A stretch of 54,926 nucleotides of DNA from NCBI GenBank assembly GCA_028689875.1, contig JAQVCG010000005.1, positions 1-54,926 on the forward strand. The letters run 5' to 3'. The position numbers and the translations under genes are program-made. The DNA comes from Candidatus Rifleibacteriota bacterium. Its GTDB lineage: Bacteria > Muiribacteriota > Ozemobacteria > Ozemobacterales > Ozemobacteraceae. Positions 26,057 to 35,955 of the stretch are shown piece after piece. The notes under the pieces were generated by a model, which worked only from the letters and a program-made list of their open reading frames with translations, was not told the DNA's origin and did no database searches. Position 1 is the stretch's first letter. The number at the start of each line of letters is the position of its first letter.

Positions 26057-26515
26057 TTAGACAAATTTTTTAACGCCTGTAGAGCCAAATCCGTTTTTCC
26101 CTCTTTCAGAGGCTTTGAGTGCAGAGTTTTTTACAAATTCAACATCCAATACTTTTGCAAAAACCATCTGAGCTATTCTCATTCCCGGTTCGACTGTAAA
26201 ATCGTAGCTGCCATGGTTAATAAGCAAAACACATATTTCTCCGCGATAGTCGCTGTCAATTGTTCCGGGAGAGTTGAGGACAGTTACGCCATATTTCGCT
26301 GCTAATCCGGATCTTGGTCTTATTTGTGCTTCTAGGCCAAGCGGCATTTCTATATGCAGGCCGGTAGGAACCTTCGCGTAACACCCCGGCCCTATGACTA
26401 AATGCTCACTTGCGCATATATCATAGCCGGAAGAACCCGGAGTTCCTTTGACGGGCAAAAAAACTCCGGGTTGATTATCAAGTAGAATACTGACGGTGTA
26501 AGCTGTTTCAGGCAT
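26057..26515 (-). CDS. dut: dUTP diphosphatase
   Basis: GSSGYDI, RPRSGLAAKYGV, NSPGTIDSDYRGE and ERGKNGFGSTG are dUTPase motifs. I placed the start at the internal ATG (MPETAY), which gives an 8-nt overlap with the upstream gene. The ORF-track frame extends to 26569. Confidence 0.88.
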   Translation of the reverse strand: MPETAYTVSILLDNQPGVFLPVKGTPGSSGYDICASEHLVIGPGCYAKVPTGLHIEMPLGLEAQIRPRSGLAAKYGVTVLNSPGTIDSDYRGEICVLLINHGSYDFTVEPGMRIAQMVFAKVLDVEFVKNSALKASERGKNGFGSTGVKKFV

Positions 26516-27737
26516 TGGCTGAATTAACTTTGACGTTTGTGTTGTTTTCGATTTTTTTATACTGTTCAATTGCTTCAGCTAAGGTAAGCATGGCAATGCG
26601 CAGTTTTTCGACTTCAAGCACATAACTGATTCTGATTTCATTTTTGCCTCTTCCCGGGTTAGCATAGAAACCTGCTGCAGGAGCTACAAGAACAGAATTG
26701 TTGTTGTGAGAAAAATCGGTTAAAAGCCATTTTGCAAAGTTTTCTGCATCGTTAATCGGAAGTTTTGCTATTACGTAAAAAGCTCCCTTAGGCACTTTGC
26801 ATACAACTCCCGGTATTTGGTCAAGGCCATTCATTACAGTGTCGCGTCTGCGCTGATATTCTTGAAGAATTGGCTCAAAATAGGAAGGATCCATTTCAAT
26901 GCCGGCTTTTGCGCCCCATTGCTCAATAGTTGGAGAGCTCAATCTGGCTTGTGCAAACTTCAAACAAGCTGCCATAACTTCTTTATTTTTGCTCGCAACT
27001 AAACCTATGCGTGCTCCGCAGGCTGAATAGCGTTTAGAAATGCTGTCTATAAGAATTCCGTTTTCTTTCATTCCTTCGATTTGCAGTATAGAGGTGTGCT
27101 GCAATCCGTCATAAGTGAATTCTCTGTAAACTTCGTCTGCAATTACGTAAAGATTATGCTTTTTAGCAACAGCAGCAAGTTCTTCTAATGAATCGCGTGT
27201 GTAAACTGTTCCGGTGGGGTTGTTCGGGTTACAAATAAGAATAGCTCTGGTTTTATTTGTAATAACCTTTTCAATTTCATCTGCTGAGGGAAGTTGGAAA
27301 CCGTCTTCAGCATAGGTCGTAACCGCTTTTAGTTTAACGCCGGTTTCGAAAGCAATGCCGTTATAATTGGTGTAAAAAGGTTCAAATACGATTACTTCGT
27401 CTCCGATGTCGCAAATAGAAAGAAAAGCAAAGAAAATTGCTTCACTTCCGCCGGTAGTTACAACTATATCTTCTGCTCCGATGTCAATGTTATTCGCTTT
27501 ATAATACTTGCCAAAAGCTTCGGTTAAATAGTCTTCGCCTTGTGATGGACTATAAGCAAGAACTTTTTGAGGAAAGCTTCTCATAGCGTCCATTATCGGG
27601 GTTGGAGTTGGTATGTCCGGCTGTCCTATGTTAAGCGGGAATACATTAATGCCTTTTTTGCGAGCAATGTTAGCGAACGGAATAAGTTTGCGAATTGGAG
27701 AAGCCTGCATTTCACAGGCTCTAACAGAAGTTCTCAT
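26508..27737 (-). CDS. Class I/II PLP-dependent aminotransferase (AspC/PatA-like)
   Basis: ASPIRKL lies near the N-terminus. NPNNPTG and SKRYSACGARIG (the PLP lysine) are present. I placed the start at the ATG preceded by AAAGGAA (MRTSVRA); the longer frame reaches 27809. Confidence 0.8.
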   Translation of the reverse strand: MRTSVRACEMQASPIRKLIPFANIARKKGINVFPLNIGQPDIPTPTPIMDAMRSFPQKVLAYSPSQGEDYLTEAFGKYYKANNIDIGAEDIVVTTGGSEAIFFAFLSICDIGDEVIVFEPFYTNYNGIAFETGVKLKAVTTYAEDGFQLPSADEIEKVITNKTRAILICNPNNPTGTVYTRDSLEELAAVAKKHNLYVIADEVYREFTYDGLQHTSILQIEGMKENGILIDSISKRYSACGARIGLVASKNKEVMAACLKFAQARLSSPTIEQWGAKAGIEMDPSYFEPILQEYQRRRDTVMNGLDQIPGVVCKVPKGAFYVIAKLPINDAENFAKWLLTDFSHNNNSVLVAPAAGFYANPGRGKNEIRISYVLEVEKLRIAMLTLAEAIEQYKKIENNTNVKVNSANA

Positions 27738-27827
27738 AATCGATTTCCTTTCGAGCGATAATTCTCTTAATTGTCTTAGCAATTTACCCGTTTTTTGCCC
27801 TTTTTTCAACGTATTTAGTAAAATTTA

Positions 27828-29393
27828 ATGCTATATTATAAAAATAGTATAGCGAAAGAAACGGGTACTTTAGTTGTGAAAAATAAAATTATTGCTGCAC
27901 TTCTTTCAAAAGTTGTTTCTTCTGCCGTCTATAATTCGGCAGTAAAATATATGTCCGGTTCGGACAATGAAGATACTGATTTAAAGAAGTTGATTAGAAG
28001 GGCTGAACAGGGAGAGTTATCAGCTCAGCAGTTATTGGGCGACATGTATTATTCCGGTGATAATGTCGAAAAAGACTATGCCCAGGCATGTAAGTGGTAT
28101 AAGCTTGCCGCCGATCAAGGTAATTGTCAGGCTCAGGCTACATTAGCTGATATGTATTATCAAGGTGAAGGTGTTAGGCAAGATCAAACTATAGCTTTAA
28201 ACCTATACGAAGCGGCAGCTAATCAAGGTGATATGCGCGCTCAATATATGGTGGGTAATATGTATTTAAAAGGCATTGGAACTCCTAAAGATCCTGCCAA
28301 AGCTTTTATTTGGTTTGAAAAGTCTGCTAATCAAGGAGCGACACCCGCAGAATACAGTTTGGGATACATGTATCACAGCGGTGAAGGAGTGGTTAAAGAT
28401 TATGAGCAGGCACATAAATGGCTAAAAAAAGCTGCTGATAAAGATGACAGTGCTGCCCAATACACTTTGGGGGTAATGTATTATCATGGCCAGGGAGTAG
28501 AAGTAGATTATAAAAAAGCATTTATGTTGTTTTATAAGGCAGCAGGGCATGGAGATGCTGATGCAATGCATGATTTGGCTACTATGTATCTGAACGGGGA
28601 AGGTACGATGAAAAATCAAGCTAATGGTCTCAGATGGCATAAAAAAGCAGCAGAACATTCTAATACTTCTTCCCAATATTATCTTGGACTTAAATATTTT
28701 TACGGCGAGGGTGTTGAGAAAGATAGTAAGCAAGCTTTAATGTGGTTTGAAAAGGCTGCTAATCTTGGTAATGCAGAAGCGCAAGGGATGGTTGGTTCAA
28801 TCTATTATTTGGGTCGGGCGGGTGTTATGAATTTTAAATTAGCACACGAATGGTTTGAAAAGGGTGCTAAGCAAGATGACCCTAATGCTTTAGTTGGCTT
28901 AGCCTCTATGTATTACGAAGATGTCTATCTTGTAAGAGATTATACTAAAGCCTTTGAATATTTCATCAGAGCAGCAAGACAAAATGCTGCCCCTGCGCAA
29001 TATAGAGTGGGTTATATGCTGTATTACGGACAGGGAGTTGAGCAGGATTTTTATCAAGCATTTGAATGGCTTAATAAGGCAGCAATCCAAGAAGAGGATC
29101 GAGCGTATGTCTTATTGGGAACCATGTATTTTAGGGGTGATGGAGTCAGACAAGACTACAATAAGGCTTTTGAATGGTATGAAAAAGCTGCATACAGTTC
29201 AGACGCGGTTGGACAAGTGAAATTAGCGCAAATGTATGTGAAAGGTCACGGTTGCGAAAAAAGTAATGTAAAAGCTTATCAGTGGTTTAATCGTGCCTCA
29301 CTTCTTGACAGCGCTGCTGCTGTCTTCGAATTAGACGTGTTAGTTAAAGAAATGACCGATGATGAGTTAAAAGAAGTCGGTTTAAAAAAATAA
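27828..29393 (+). CDS. Sel1-repeat (SLR/TPR-like) protein, ~12 repeats
   Basis: A ~36-aa unit recurs, for example A..WY.KAA.QG...AQ..LG.MY..G.GV..D...A (CKWYKLAADQGNCQAQATLADMYYQGEGV). The start codon is uncertain because I saw no clear Shine-Dalgarno. Confidence 0.8.
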   Translation: MLYYKNSIAKETGTLVVKNKIIAALLSKVVSSAVYNSAVKYMSGSDNEDTDLKKLIRRAEQGELSAQQLLGDMYYSGDNVEKDYAQACKWYKLAADQGNCQAQATLADMYYQGEGVRQDQTIALNLYEAAANQGDMRAQYMVGNMYLKGIGTPKDPAKAFIWFEKSANQGATPAEYSLGYMYHSGEGVVKDYEQAHKWLKKAADKDDSAAQYTLGVMYYHGQGVEVDYKKAFMLFYKAAGHGDADAMHDLATMYLNGEGTMKNQANGLRWHKKAAEHSNTSSQYYLGLKYFYGEGVEKDSKQALMWFEKAANLGNAEAQGMVGSIYYLGRAGVMNFKLAHEWFEKGAKQDDPNALVGLASMYYEDVYLVRDYTKAFEYFIRAARQNAAPAQYRVGYMLYYGQGVEQDFYQAFEWLNKAAIQEEDRAYVLLGTMYFRGDGVRQDYNKAFEWYEKAAYSSDAVGQVKLAQMYVKGHGCEKSNVKAYQWFNRASLLDSAAAVFELDVLVKEMTDDELKEVGLKK

Positions 29394-29442
29394 TCCAATC
29401 TTTGCTAATGTTTTAGTAGCTATTTACCGAAATTAGGACTTG

Positions 29443-31476
29443 ATGAAAAATATTCGATACATAGCTATAGTTATATCTTTATTCGTGCTATTTGCCCATT
29501 TGGGCTGTATGAGCACTAAAGTTGCCTCACCCGGTGCAATTTCCGGAACGATAACCGATATTGCAGGGAACCTTTTAAGCGGGGTTACCGTTTCGAGCAC
29601 AGAAGCTGAAACGGTTTCTGACGTGTACGGCAAATGGACGTTAAAGTCGTTAAAACCGCAAATAACCGAAGTTGTGGCCAAACACGAAAAATATCAGAGT
29701 CAATCTCTTACAGTTGAAGTCGTTAGCGGCCTTACGATAGAAAACGTAAACTTTGTTATGGCGGCCGACGGAGAGCTGAATACTATTTTTGTTAACTCGT
29801 TAACTTCAACAAAGGTTAAAGTTACATTTAACTCAAAATATTCTTCTAATGGCTATATTGAATACGGTACCGGTGGTATCTTAGATCTGAAAACCCCGGA
29901 AGAACCAATTGCTAAATATTCTCATGAGTTCGAAATAAGCAATTTGGTGCCCGCAACGACATACAGATTTAGGTGCGCAATAGTTGATGAATACGGCAGA
30001 ACAGTTAAATCAGAAATGCGCACTTTCACAACAAATTATACGGCCAGACCTAATCCCCCGGCTAACTTAACTGTAAACAAAATGGCTAATTCATCTGCTG
30101 TTCAGCTTACCTGGGACGGCAATACTGATACTGATTTTTCCGGATACAACGTTTATAGGGCTTCAAGCAAACAAGGGCCTTTTACAAAAGTTAACTCAGT
30201 GCCGGTTCCGCAAAGCAGCTTTGGCGATAGCGGATTAGAGCCCGGAACAAAGTATTATTACAAGGTAACCAAATTGTCCGGCGGCGGCGATGAGTCGACT
30301 TTTTCGTCTGTAGATTCAATTTTAATGCCCGGTTATTTAACTAAAAATACCGTGTGGACCGAGGCTGAATCGCCCTACATCTTGACCGGTGATTTGATGA
30401 TTGCTCCAAATTCGAGTCTTGTGATAGATCAGGGAGCAATTGTAAAAGTTGAAGAATATGACCTATGGGATAACGATGCAGAAATAGGAAAAGACCTCAT
30501 AGAAATAAGTGTTTATGGAACATTAATGGTTCAAGGCACTTCTTTGGCGCCGGTTTCTATTGTCTCAAACGCAGCAATTCTGAATAAAGGCAGTTGGGAC
30601 GGCATAGTATTCAAACAAAATTCAGATTTAAGTGCTTCTATAATTAAAGGGCTACATCTTCATAATGCCGTTAATGGGTTGTTTGGGGAAGCCGGTGGCC
30701 CGATTGTTAGAGACTCCGGTTTTTATAGTTGTCTTGAAAACGGTATCAAATACCTTGCAGGCGATGAAAATGTAATGATTAGAAACGTTACGGCCGATAG
30801 TTGTGCAGTCGGAATAACTGTTTCAGAGTATTCTGCCGGTCGCGTTCAAATATTTGACAGTAATATAAAGAATTGTTTTGATGGCATAGTCTGTAAAAAT
30901 AATATAACTGCAGAAATTGAAAATAATAAAATTTACAGATCTGCAAATATCGGCATAAATGTTGGTAATTTAAATGCTGCATCAAAAGTAAGACTTAATA
31001 CAATCGGGTGGGGCGCTTCAGGTATCGGTATCCTTTGCGAAGGCAAAGATGAAGTCAGAAGAAACACAGTTCACGCAAACATATGTATTGAGGCTTTAGA
31101 AAGCTGCTCCGGTATTTTCAGAAGCAATCTTTTGTTGGCTGACAATAAAAAGAATAGCATAGGTTTTTTATATAATGCTTCGAAAGCCTACAGCAGTGCA
31201 GCTGTGACAGAGCCGATGACAATAGAATATAATGCAATTTGGGATGTCACAACTGCGGCAAAAAAATATGCTAATGCCTTTGACGGTTCTGCTTTGGCCG
31301 GGTATTCGAACGATTTATATTTCTCTGACATGTTGGTCGGACCGGGTTTGCAAGGCGGTAACCCGTTTACGCCCGCCGCCGATATGAACTTTATATATAC
31401 TCCTGCTGTCGGAAGTGTTTTATTTGGCAGCGGTTATGATTACGACACGATCGGTGCGGAAAATGTTCCAAATTGA
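29443..31476 (+). CDS. Surface lipoprotein paralog 1: CarboxypepD_reg-like + two FN3-like domains + right-handed beta-helix
   Basis: The ATG at 29443 follows an AGGA. The signal peptide ends in HLGC. GAISGTITDIAGNLLSGVTVSS fits a CarboxypepD_reg-like fold. FN3-like segments follow (PATTYRFRCAIVD; PPANLTV...GYNVYRA...GTKYYYKV). PbH1-like repeats (N..I..C..GI) and the C-terminal cap GGNPF..AADMNF...P.S are present. Confidence 0.75.
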   Translation: MKNIRYIAIVISLFVLFAHLGCMSTKVASPGAISGTITDIAGNLLSGVTVSSTEAETVSDVYGKWTLKSLKPQITEVVAKHEKYQSQSLTVEVVSGLTIENVNFVMAADGELNTIFVNSLTSTKVKVTFNSKYSSNGYIEYGTGGILDLKTPEEPIAKYSHEFEISNLVPATTYRFRCAIVDEYGRTVKSEMRTFTTNYTARPNPPANLTVNKMANSSAVQLTWDGNTDTDFSGYNVYRASSKQGPFTKVNSVPVPQSSFGDSGLEPGTKYYYKVTKLSGGGDESTFSSVDSILMPGYLTKNTVWTEAESPYILTGDLMIAPNSSLVIDQGAIVKVEEYDLWDNDAEIGKDLIEISVYGTLMVQGTSLAPVSIVSNAAILNKGSWDGIVFKQNSDLSASIIKGLHLHNAVNGLFGEAGGPIVRDSGFYSCLENGIKYLAGDENVMIRNVTADSCAVGITVSEYSAGRVQIFDSNIKNCFDGIVCKNNITAEIENNKIYRSANIGINVGNLNAASKVRLNTIGWGASGIGILCEGKDEVRRNTVHANICIEALESCSGIFRSNLLLADNKKNSIGFLYNASKAYSSAAVTEPMTIEYNAIWDVTTAAKKYANAFDGSALAGYSNDLYFSDMLVGPGLQGGNPFTPAADMNFIYTPAVGSVLFGSGYDYDTIGAENVPN

Positions 31477-33469
31477 TTTCATAAAAATTAAACAAAATAT
31501 TGCGCCGGTATTTATACCGGTTATTTTGCTTTTTTTTGTTATTTTTATGGGATGCGGCATGAGAGCTTCAAACAGCGGCGGCATAATTGGTCGAGTCGTT
31601 GATTCTGAAGGTCGTGTAATTGTTAATGCAAAAGTTGTGTCTATTTTTGATGAAACGCAAGTTTCTTATTCTAATTTAAGCGGTGCTTTTGAACTGACAG
31701 AATTGCCGGCAGGTCGCCACAATATTGCGATTAACCACCCGGATTATAACTTAGAACAATATTTTGCTGAAGTTACAGCAGGAAAAGTAACCGACTTAGG
31801 TATGGTAAAGTTAAGTAGCATTACTTTATCAGACAAGATCAGCGATGTTAAATCTGAATACATAGCATCTTCTTCTGCTCTTATAACCTGGAAAACAGAT
31901 AAAGAACGAATTTGCACAGTTATTTACGGCATAGACTATAATGATTACACAAAATCCTCTAGAGAAATTAGAGCGTCAAAAGATCATGAATTGATATTAA
32001 CCGACCTAATACCTGAAACTTTATATCACTTCAGGGTTCAGTTTGAAGATGAAAGCGGAAGCAAGTTTTATTCATATGATTATTCTTTTTTAACAGGTGA
32101 AGCTGATGTGCCTATGAAACCGTCTTATGTTGAGACGAAACCAATTAATCAGATGAATCAAATTACAGTTGCATGGAATGCCCCGATTTCGGGAAAATCA
32201 GTAACCGGTTACAACATATATAGAAGACATAAATTGGTTAAAAGAGCTGAATTAAGTGATTGGATAAAACTTAATGAAGCTCCAATTGATGCAAAAACCT
32301 TTGAGTTTACTGATGTTACGGTTGAATCCGGAAAATTTTACAGATATGGTGTAACCGCAATAAATCAGTTTGGTGTAGATTCAGAAAAAGAAGTCACCGA
32401 TATGGTTTTTGCAACCGGGGTTATAAATGAAGAAACCATTTTAACCGCAGACGATTCGCCTATTGAGCTTCATGCTGATTTAATCGTAGCTGCCGGCATA
32501 AATTTATTAATAGAAGCCGGAACAGAAATTTTGATTGGTGAAAAAGACTCGAATGCTTCAGGGTTAGATGAAGATAGGGTTGAGTTGCTGGTTTATGGGC
32601 AGTTAACAGTTGACGGAACCGCAGAAAAACCGGTTGTTTTCGCGCCACTAAGCGGCTCCGGAAGACGCGATCATTGGGCAGGCATTAGTATTGTAACCGA
32701 TTCTCAGTTGGTTTCACGAATCTCTCATACTTCTCTTTTTGGCTGTGTTGGCTATGCATTAGATATAAAGGCTAAGGAAGTTTCGGTAAATAACCTTTCT
32801 ATTGCTTATTCAAGCGGCGGTTTAAGTCTAAATGGAGTCAGAAGCGTGCTCGATTTAAATAATTGCAGCTTTTCTGAAATTGCATCTGTGGCTGTAAACA
32901 TAACAGATTGCTATCGGGTAAGTTTAGTAAATTCTGTTATAAAGGATGCGGCAATAGGTGTTATTAGTTTTAATACGAATGCTAATAATCAGACGGTTAT
33001 ACGGAATACAGATATTTACGTCTCTGAATTGGGTATAAAAGCTTTGTTTGGCAAGGGAATTATTGCTAACACCTTGGTAGTTTGTAAAGAAGGCACCGGA
33101 ATATTGTGTGAAAATGCTTTAAGTTCATCAGGAAATTACATAGACCACGTTACAATCGATGCATTGAACGGTATTGATATAGACAGCGGCAATTTTACGG
33201 TAAGCAATAATATAATTGCCAACACAGTAGCGGTTGGAAATACCGGAATAGTTAACAGAACAAGCGAAAATCCTATTTATAATTTCAATAATGTGGTTGG
33301 TTTTAATAATTTATATCAAAATTGCCAAAAAGGGGCAAATAGCGTTAGTTTTGTGCCGAATTTTGTGGGCGGTAACCCATATGATTACAATTTATCACCT
33401 ACATCTATGCTCATATTTGCTGATGAATATCAGAAAGAACTTGGTAGATACGGAGTTTCAAGATACTAG
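31463..33469 (+). CDS. Surface lipoprotein paralog 2 (same architecture)
   Basis: I chose the start at MFQIDF, which overlaps paralog 1 by 14 nt; the ORF-track frame begins at 31415. The signal peptide ends in IFMGC. GGIIGRVVDSEGRVIVNAKV, PETLYHFRVQFED, GYNIYRR...GKFYRYGV, beta-helix repeats and the tail FVGGNPYDYNLSPTS are present. Confidence 0.75.
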   Translation: MFQIDFIKIKQNIAPVFIPVILLFFVIFMGCGMRASNSGGIIGRVVDSEGRVIVNAKVVSIFDETQVSYSNLSGAFELTELPAGRHNIAINHPDYNLEQYFAEVTAGKVTDLGMVKLSSITLSDKISDVKSEYIASSSALITWKTDKERICTVIYGIDYNDYTKSSREIRASKDHELILTDLIPETLYHFRVQFEDESGSKFYSYDYSFLTGEADVPMKPSYVETKPINQMNQITVAWNAPISGKSVTGYNIYRRHKLVKRAELSDWIKLNEAPIDAKTFEFTDVTVESGKFYRYGVTAINQFGVDSEKEVTDMVFATGVINEETILTADDSPIELHADLIVAAGINLLIEAGTEILIGEKDSNASGLDEDRVELLVYGQLTVDGTAEKPVVFAPLSGSGRRDHWAGISIVTDSQLVSRISHTSLFGCVGYALDIKAKEVSVNNLSIAYSSGGLSLNGVRSVLDLNNCSFSEIASVAVNITDCYRVSLVNSVIKDAAIGVISFNTNANNQTVIRNTDIYVSELGIKALFGKGIIANTLVVCKEGTGILCENALSSSGNYIDHVTIDALNGIDIDSGNFTVSNNIIANTVAVGNTGIVNRTSENPIYNFNNVVGFNNLYQNCQKGANSVSFVPNFVGGNPYDYNLSPTSMLIFADEYQKELGRYGVSRY

Positions 33470-33477
33470 GAAAGATT

Positions 33478-35424
33478 ATGCATAAAAAGGTTTTTAAAAT
33501 ATTATTCATATTAACTCATACGTGGGTTCTATTGAATCTTCTTGGTTGTACTGAGAAGGTTTTACCCTTAAAAAAAGGTGCTGTTTCGGGAAGAGTTTAT
33601 GATGAAAACAATCTTTCGGTCAGCGGTGCATTTATAACTTCTCATCGCTCTATGTTAAAGGCTGAAACTGATAGCAACGGCAGATTTAGTTTTACTTCTC
33701 TTGATGTCGGGTCTCATAATTTTACCGTTGAAAGGGACGGGTATTATTTAGGTTCGGCGACTACTACAATCGTTTCGGGCGAGTCGATTGAAAACTTTGA
33801 CATAAAAGTTGAAGCTTATGAAAAAATGATCGAACACAACGTGTCATTAAGGGAGATGACACGCGCAGTGATTGATGTGAAATGCTTTGAGCCGATGTCG
33901 CTGGTTGTTGCATACAGCGAAAATTTCGGGCAGCGAATTCAAGAAGAACCCACCGAATTTGCTTTTTCCCATAGAATTGAATTGAAAAACTTGTATTCAG
34001 GCTCAGACTATGCCTATTTCATCACCGGAACAACCAAAGACGGCAGATCTTTCATTGCTTCTGACGGTTTATTTAGAACTATTGCTTCGGGAGATATTTC
34101 AGGTGCGCCTGAAGCTCCGGCTGTTGTAAATGCGCAGCAGGGTCAGGAAGGCCCGCTGATAAGTTGGAGCTATGTTGGAGCCGAGCCTTTAAGCGGGTTT
34201 AGGTTATATCGTGCAACAGATGATTCAGCGCTAGTCTTATATAAAGATGAGTCAGAAATATTTGGAAACGAAAGTTTTGTAACAGATTTAAACGCAACAC
34301 CGGGAAAAAATTACAGATATGCGGTGGCATCTGTTGACTTAGACGGGAATTCATCTGTGCTCAGCGAGCCTGTTAAAATTGTGCCTGGCGGAATTCTTAC
34401 AGAAAATGTTACTTGGAGAGCTGCACAAAGCCCTATTCATATTGACGGAGACATTATTATTCCCGAAAGGCTCTCTTTGGTAATTGAACCGGGTGTAACG
34501 GTAACCTTCAATAACAAAGATAATAAGAAGGGCGGCTACAATAACTTGCTTTGCGAGCTGCTTGTAGAGGGCTGCTTATTTGCCGAAGGAACAGTAGACT
34601 TGCCAATAAGATTCGTTTCCGCTGCTTCACTTCCGACTCGTAAAGATTGGGCCGGCATAAGAATTGTTAATTCAGAAAATACTATTGACAGCGTTCTCAA
34701 AAATGTTGTTGTATCAGGAGCCGAATTTGGCATCGAGCTTTATGAAATGGCTGCTACATTAGAAAACGTGTCTGTCCGTTACTGCGACGTCGGACTGAAA
34801 CTTAACAAATCAGAATCAGTCACTGTAAGCGGTTTGTATGCTGAAGAATGCAATTTTGGATTCTATGCCGTAAATACCAAGTCATCTGCTTTATACAATT
34901 ATGAAGCTTTAAAGTGCTCTACAGCAATCAAGTTGGCTTCAAACAGAGACTTTACAATTAATCGATTTGATGTGCGCAAGGTTTATAACCGAGGCATTGA
35001 AGTTGTAGATATTGAAAACACATTAATCACAAACGGCATTATTCAATCTGACGAAACCGGACTTGAGATTGGCAGTCCATCGGGAGTTTACCGCAATCTC
35101 ACCATTGACGCTCTTAATGGAATTGTTGTAAATGGAGTAAATGCGCCCGTAATAAAAAATAATATTGTTGTTAACTTAAATAAGTCCGGCAGGGGTTATG
35201 GCATTGAAGACAAGTCCTTAGGCCATTCGTATCCTTACAATAATATCTACGGGTTTGCACAAGCATCATTTAACTGTGACCAAAGCGGTGCACCAATTCA
35301 AAATGTAAACCCGTTATTTGTGGGCGGCAGCTCGAATAATTTTGATTACCATCTTAAGCCCGAATCGCTATTGCTTTATTCTGCCGATGACGGCAGTGAG
35401 TTAGGGGTGTATGGAGGCAATTAA
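33478..35424 (+). CDS. Surface lipoprotein paralog 3 (same architecture)
   Basis: An AGGAAAG Shine-Dalgarno precedes the start, and the signal peptide ends in LLNLLGC. GAVSGRVYDENNLSVSGAFITS, GSDYAYFITGTTKDG, GFRLYRA...GKNYRYAV, beta-helix repeats and the tail NPLFVGGSSNNFDYHLKPES are present. Confidence 0.75.
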   Translation: MHKKVFKILFILTHTWVLLNLLGCTEKVLPLKKGAVSGRVYDENNLSVSGAFITSHRSMLKAETDSNGRFSFTSLDVGSHNFTVERDGYYLGSATTTIVSGESIENFDIKVEAYEKMIEHNVSLREMTRAVIDVKCFEPMSLVVAYSENFGQRIQEEPTEFAFSHRIELKNLYSGSDYAYFITGTTKDGRSFIASDGLFRTIASGDISGAPEAPAVVNAQQGQEGPLISWSYVGAEPLSGFRLYRATDDSALVLYKDESEIFGNESFVTDLNATPGKNYRYAVASVDLDGNSSVLSEPVKIVPGGILTENVTWRAAQSPIHIDGDIIIPERLSLVIEPGVTVTFNNKDNKKGGYNNLLCELLVEGCLFAEGTVDLPIRFVSAASLPTRKDWAGIRIVNSENTIDSVLKNVVVSGAEFGIELYEMAATLENVSVRYCDVGLKLNKSESVTVSGLYAEECNFGFYAVNTKSSALYNYEALKCSTAIKLASNRDFTINRFDVRKVYNRGIEVVDIENTLITNGIIQSDETGLEIGSPSGVYRNLTIDALNGIVVNGVNAPVIKNNIVVNLNKSGRGYGIEDKSLGHSYPYNNIYGFAQASFNCDQSGAPIQNVNPLFVGGSSNNFDYHLKPESLLLYSADDGSELGVYGGN

Positions 35425-35426
35425 GA

Positions 35427-35888
35427 ATGTATGGGGAAATAGACCTGCATGGTTTAACATGGGTCGAAGCCGTTGAGACATTTGTTAGTTTTTACAATAA
35501 TCGCGTGAAAAACGGCAATAAATCAGAGATTGTAGTAATTCACGGTTATGGCTCAAGCGGAAAAGGCGGCGTTTTAAGAGAAAGATTCAGAAGCTTTTTC
35601 ACACGCAACTATAATTCCCTCGATTATATGTCCGGAGAAAATCATTTTTCAAAAAATCCGGGGCAAACTATTGTTTATCCTAAAAAGCCTTTGCTTGAAC
35701 TTTCAGAAATGCTTAGCGAAGAGATACTAAACTTTTGTATTGTTCCGAAAAGTGTTTCAAAAATATGTGGTAAATTCAGACGCCACGGCGACGCTAAAGT
35801 TTTATTGGCAATTCGTGAATTAGAAAGAAGTAAAGCTCTTGAAGTAATTTCAAAAGGTGCTTTAAAACAATACAAAAGTGTATTGTGA
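35427..35888 (+). CDS. Smr (small MutS-related) domain protein with an extra C-terminal helical ~60 aa
   Basis: IDLHGLTWVEAVETF...IVVIHGYGSSGKGGVLR matches the Smr signature (LDLHG...HG.G.G.L). The gene starts 2 nt after paralog 3, and a GGAGG lies in the upstream gene's 3' end. Confidence 0.8.
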   Translation: MYGEIDLHGLTWVEAVETFVSFYNNRVKNGNKSEIVVIHGYGSSGKGGVLRERFRSFFTRNYNSLDYMSGENHFSKNPGQTIVYPKKPLLELSEMLSEEILNFCIVPKSVSKICGKFRRHGDAKVLLAIRELERSKALEVISKGALKQYKSVL

Positions 35889-35917
35889 ACTGATTATTTT
35901 TTAATTGCGAATCAGTT
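35888..35917 (+). other. AT-rich stem-loop after the Smr gene (no T-tract)
   Basis: AACTGATT (35888-35895) pairs perfectly with AATCAGTT (35910-35917) around a 14-nt loop. The function is unknown; it may be a weak transcript boundary or processing site. Confidence 0.25.
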
Positions 35918-35955
35918 AAAAGATTAAATAGAATGTTGCAATATTTCGGCATTTA

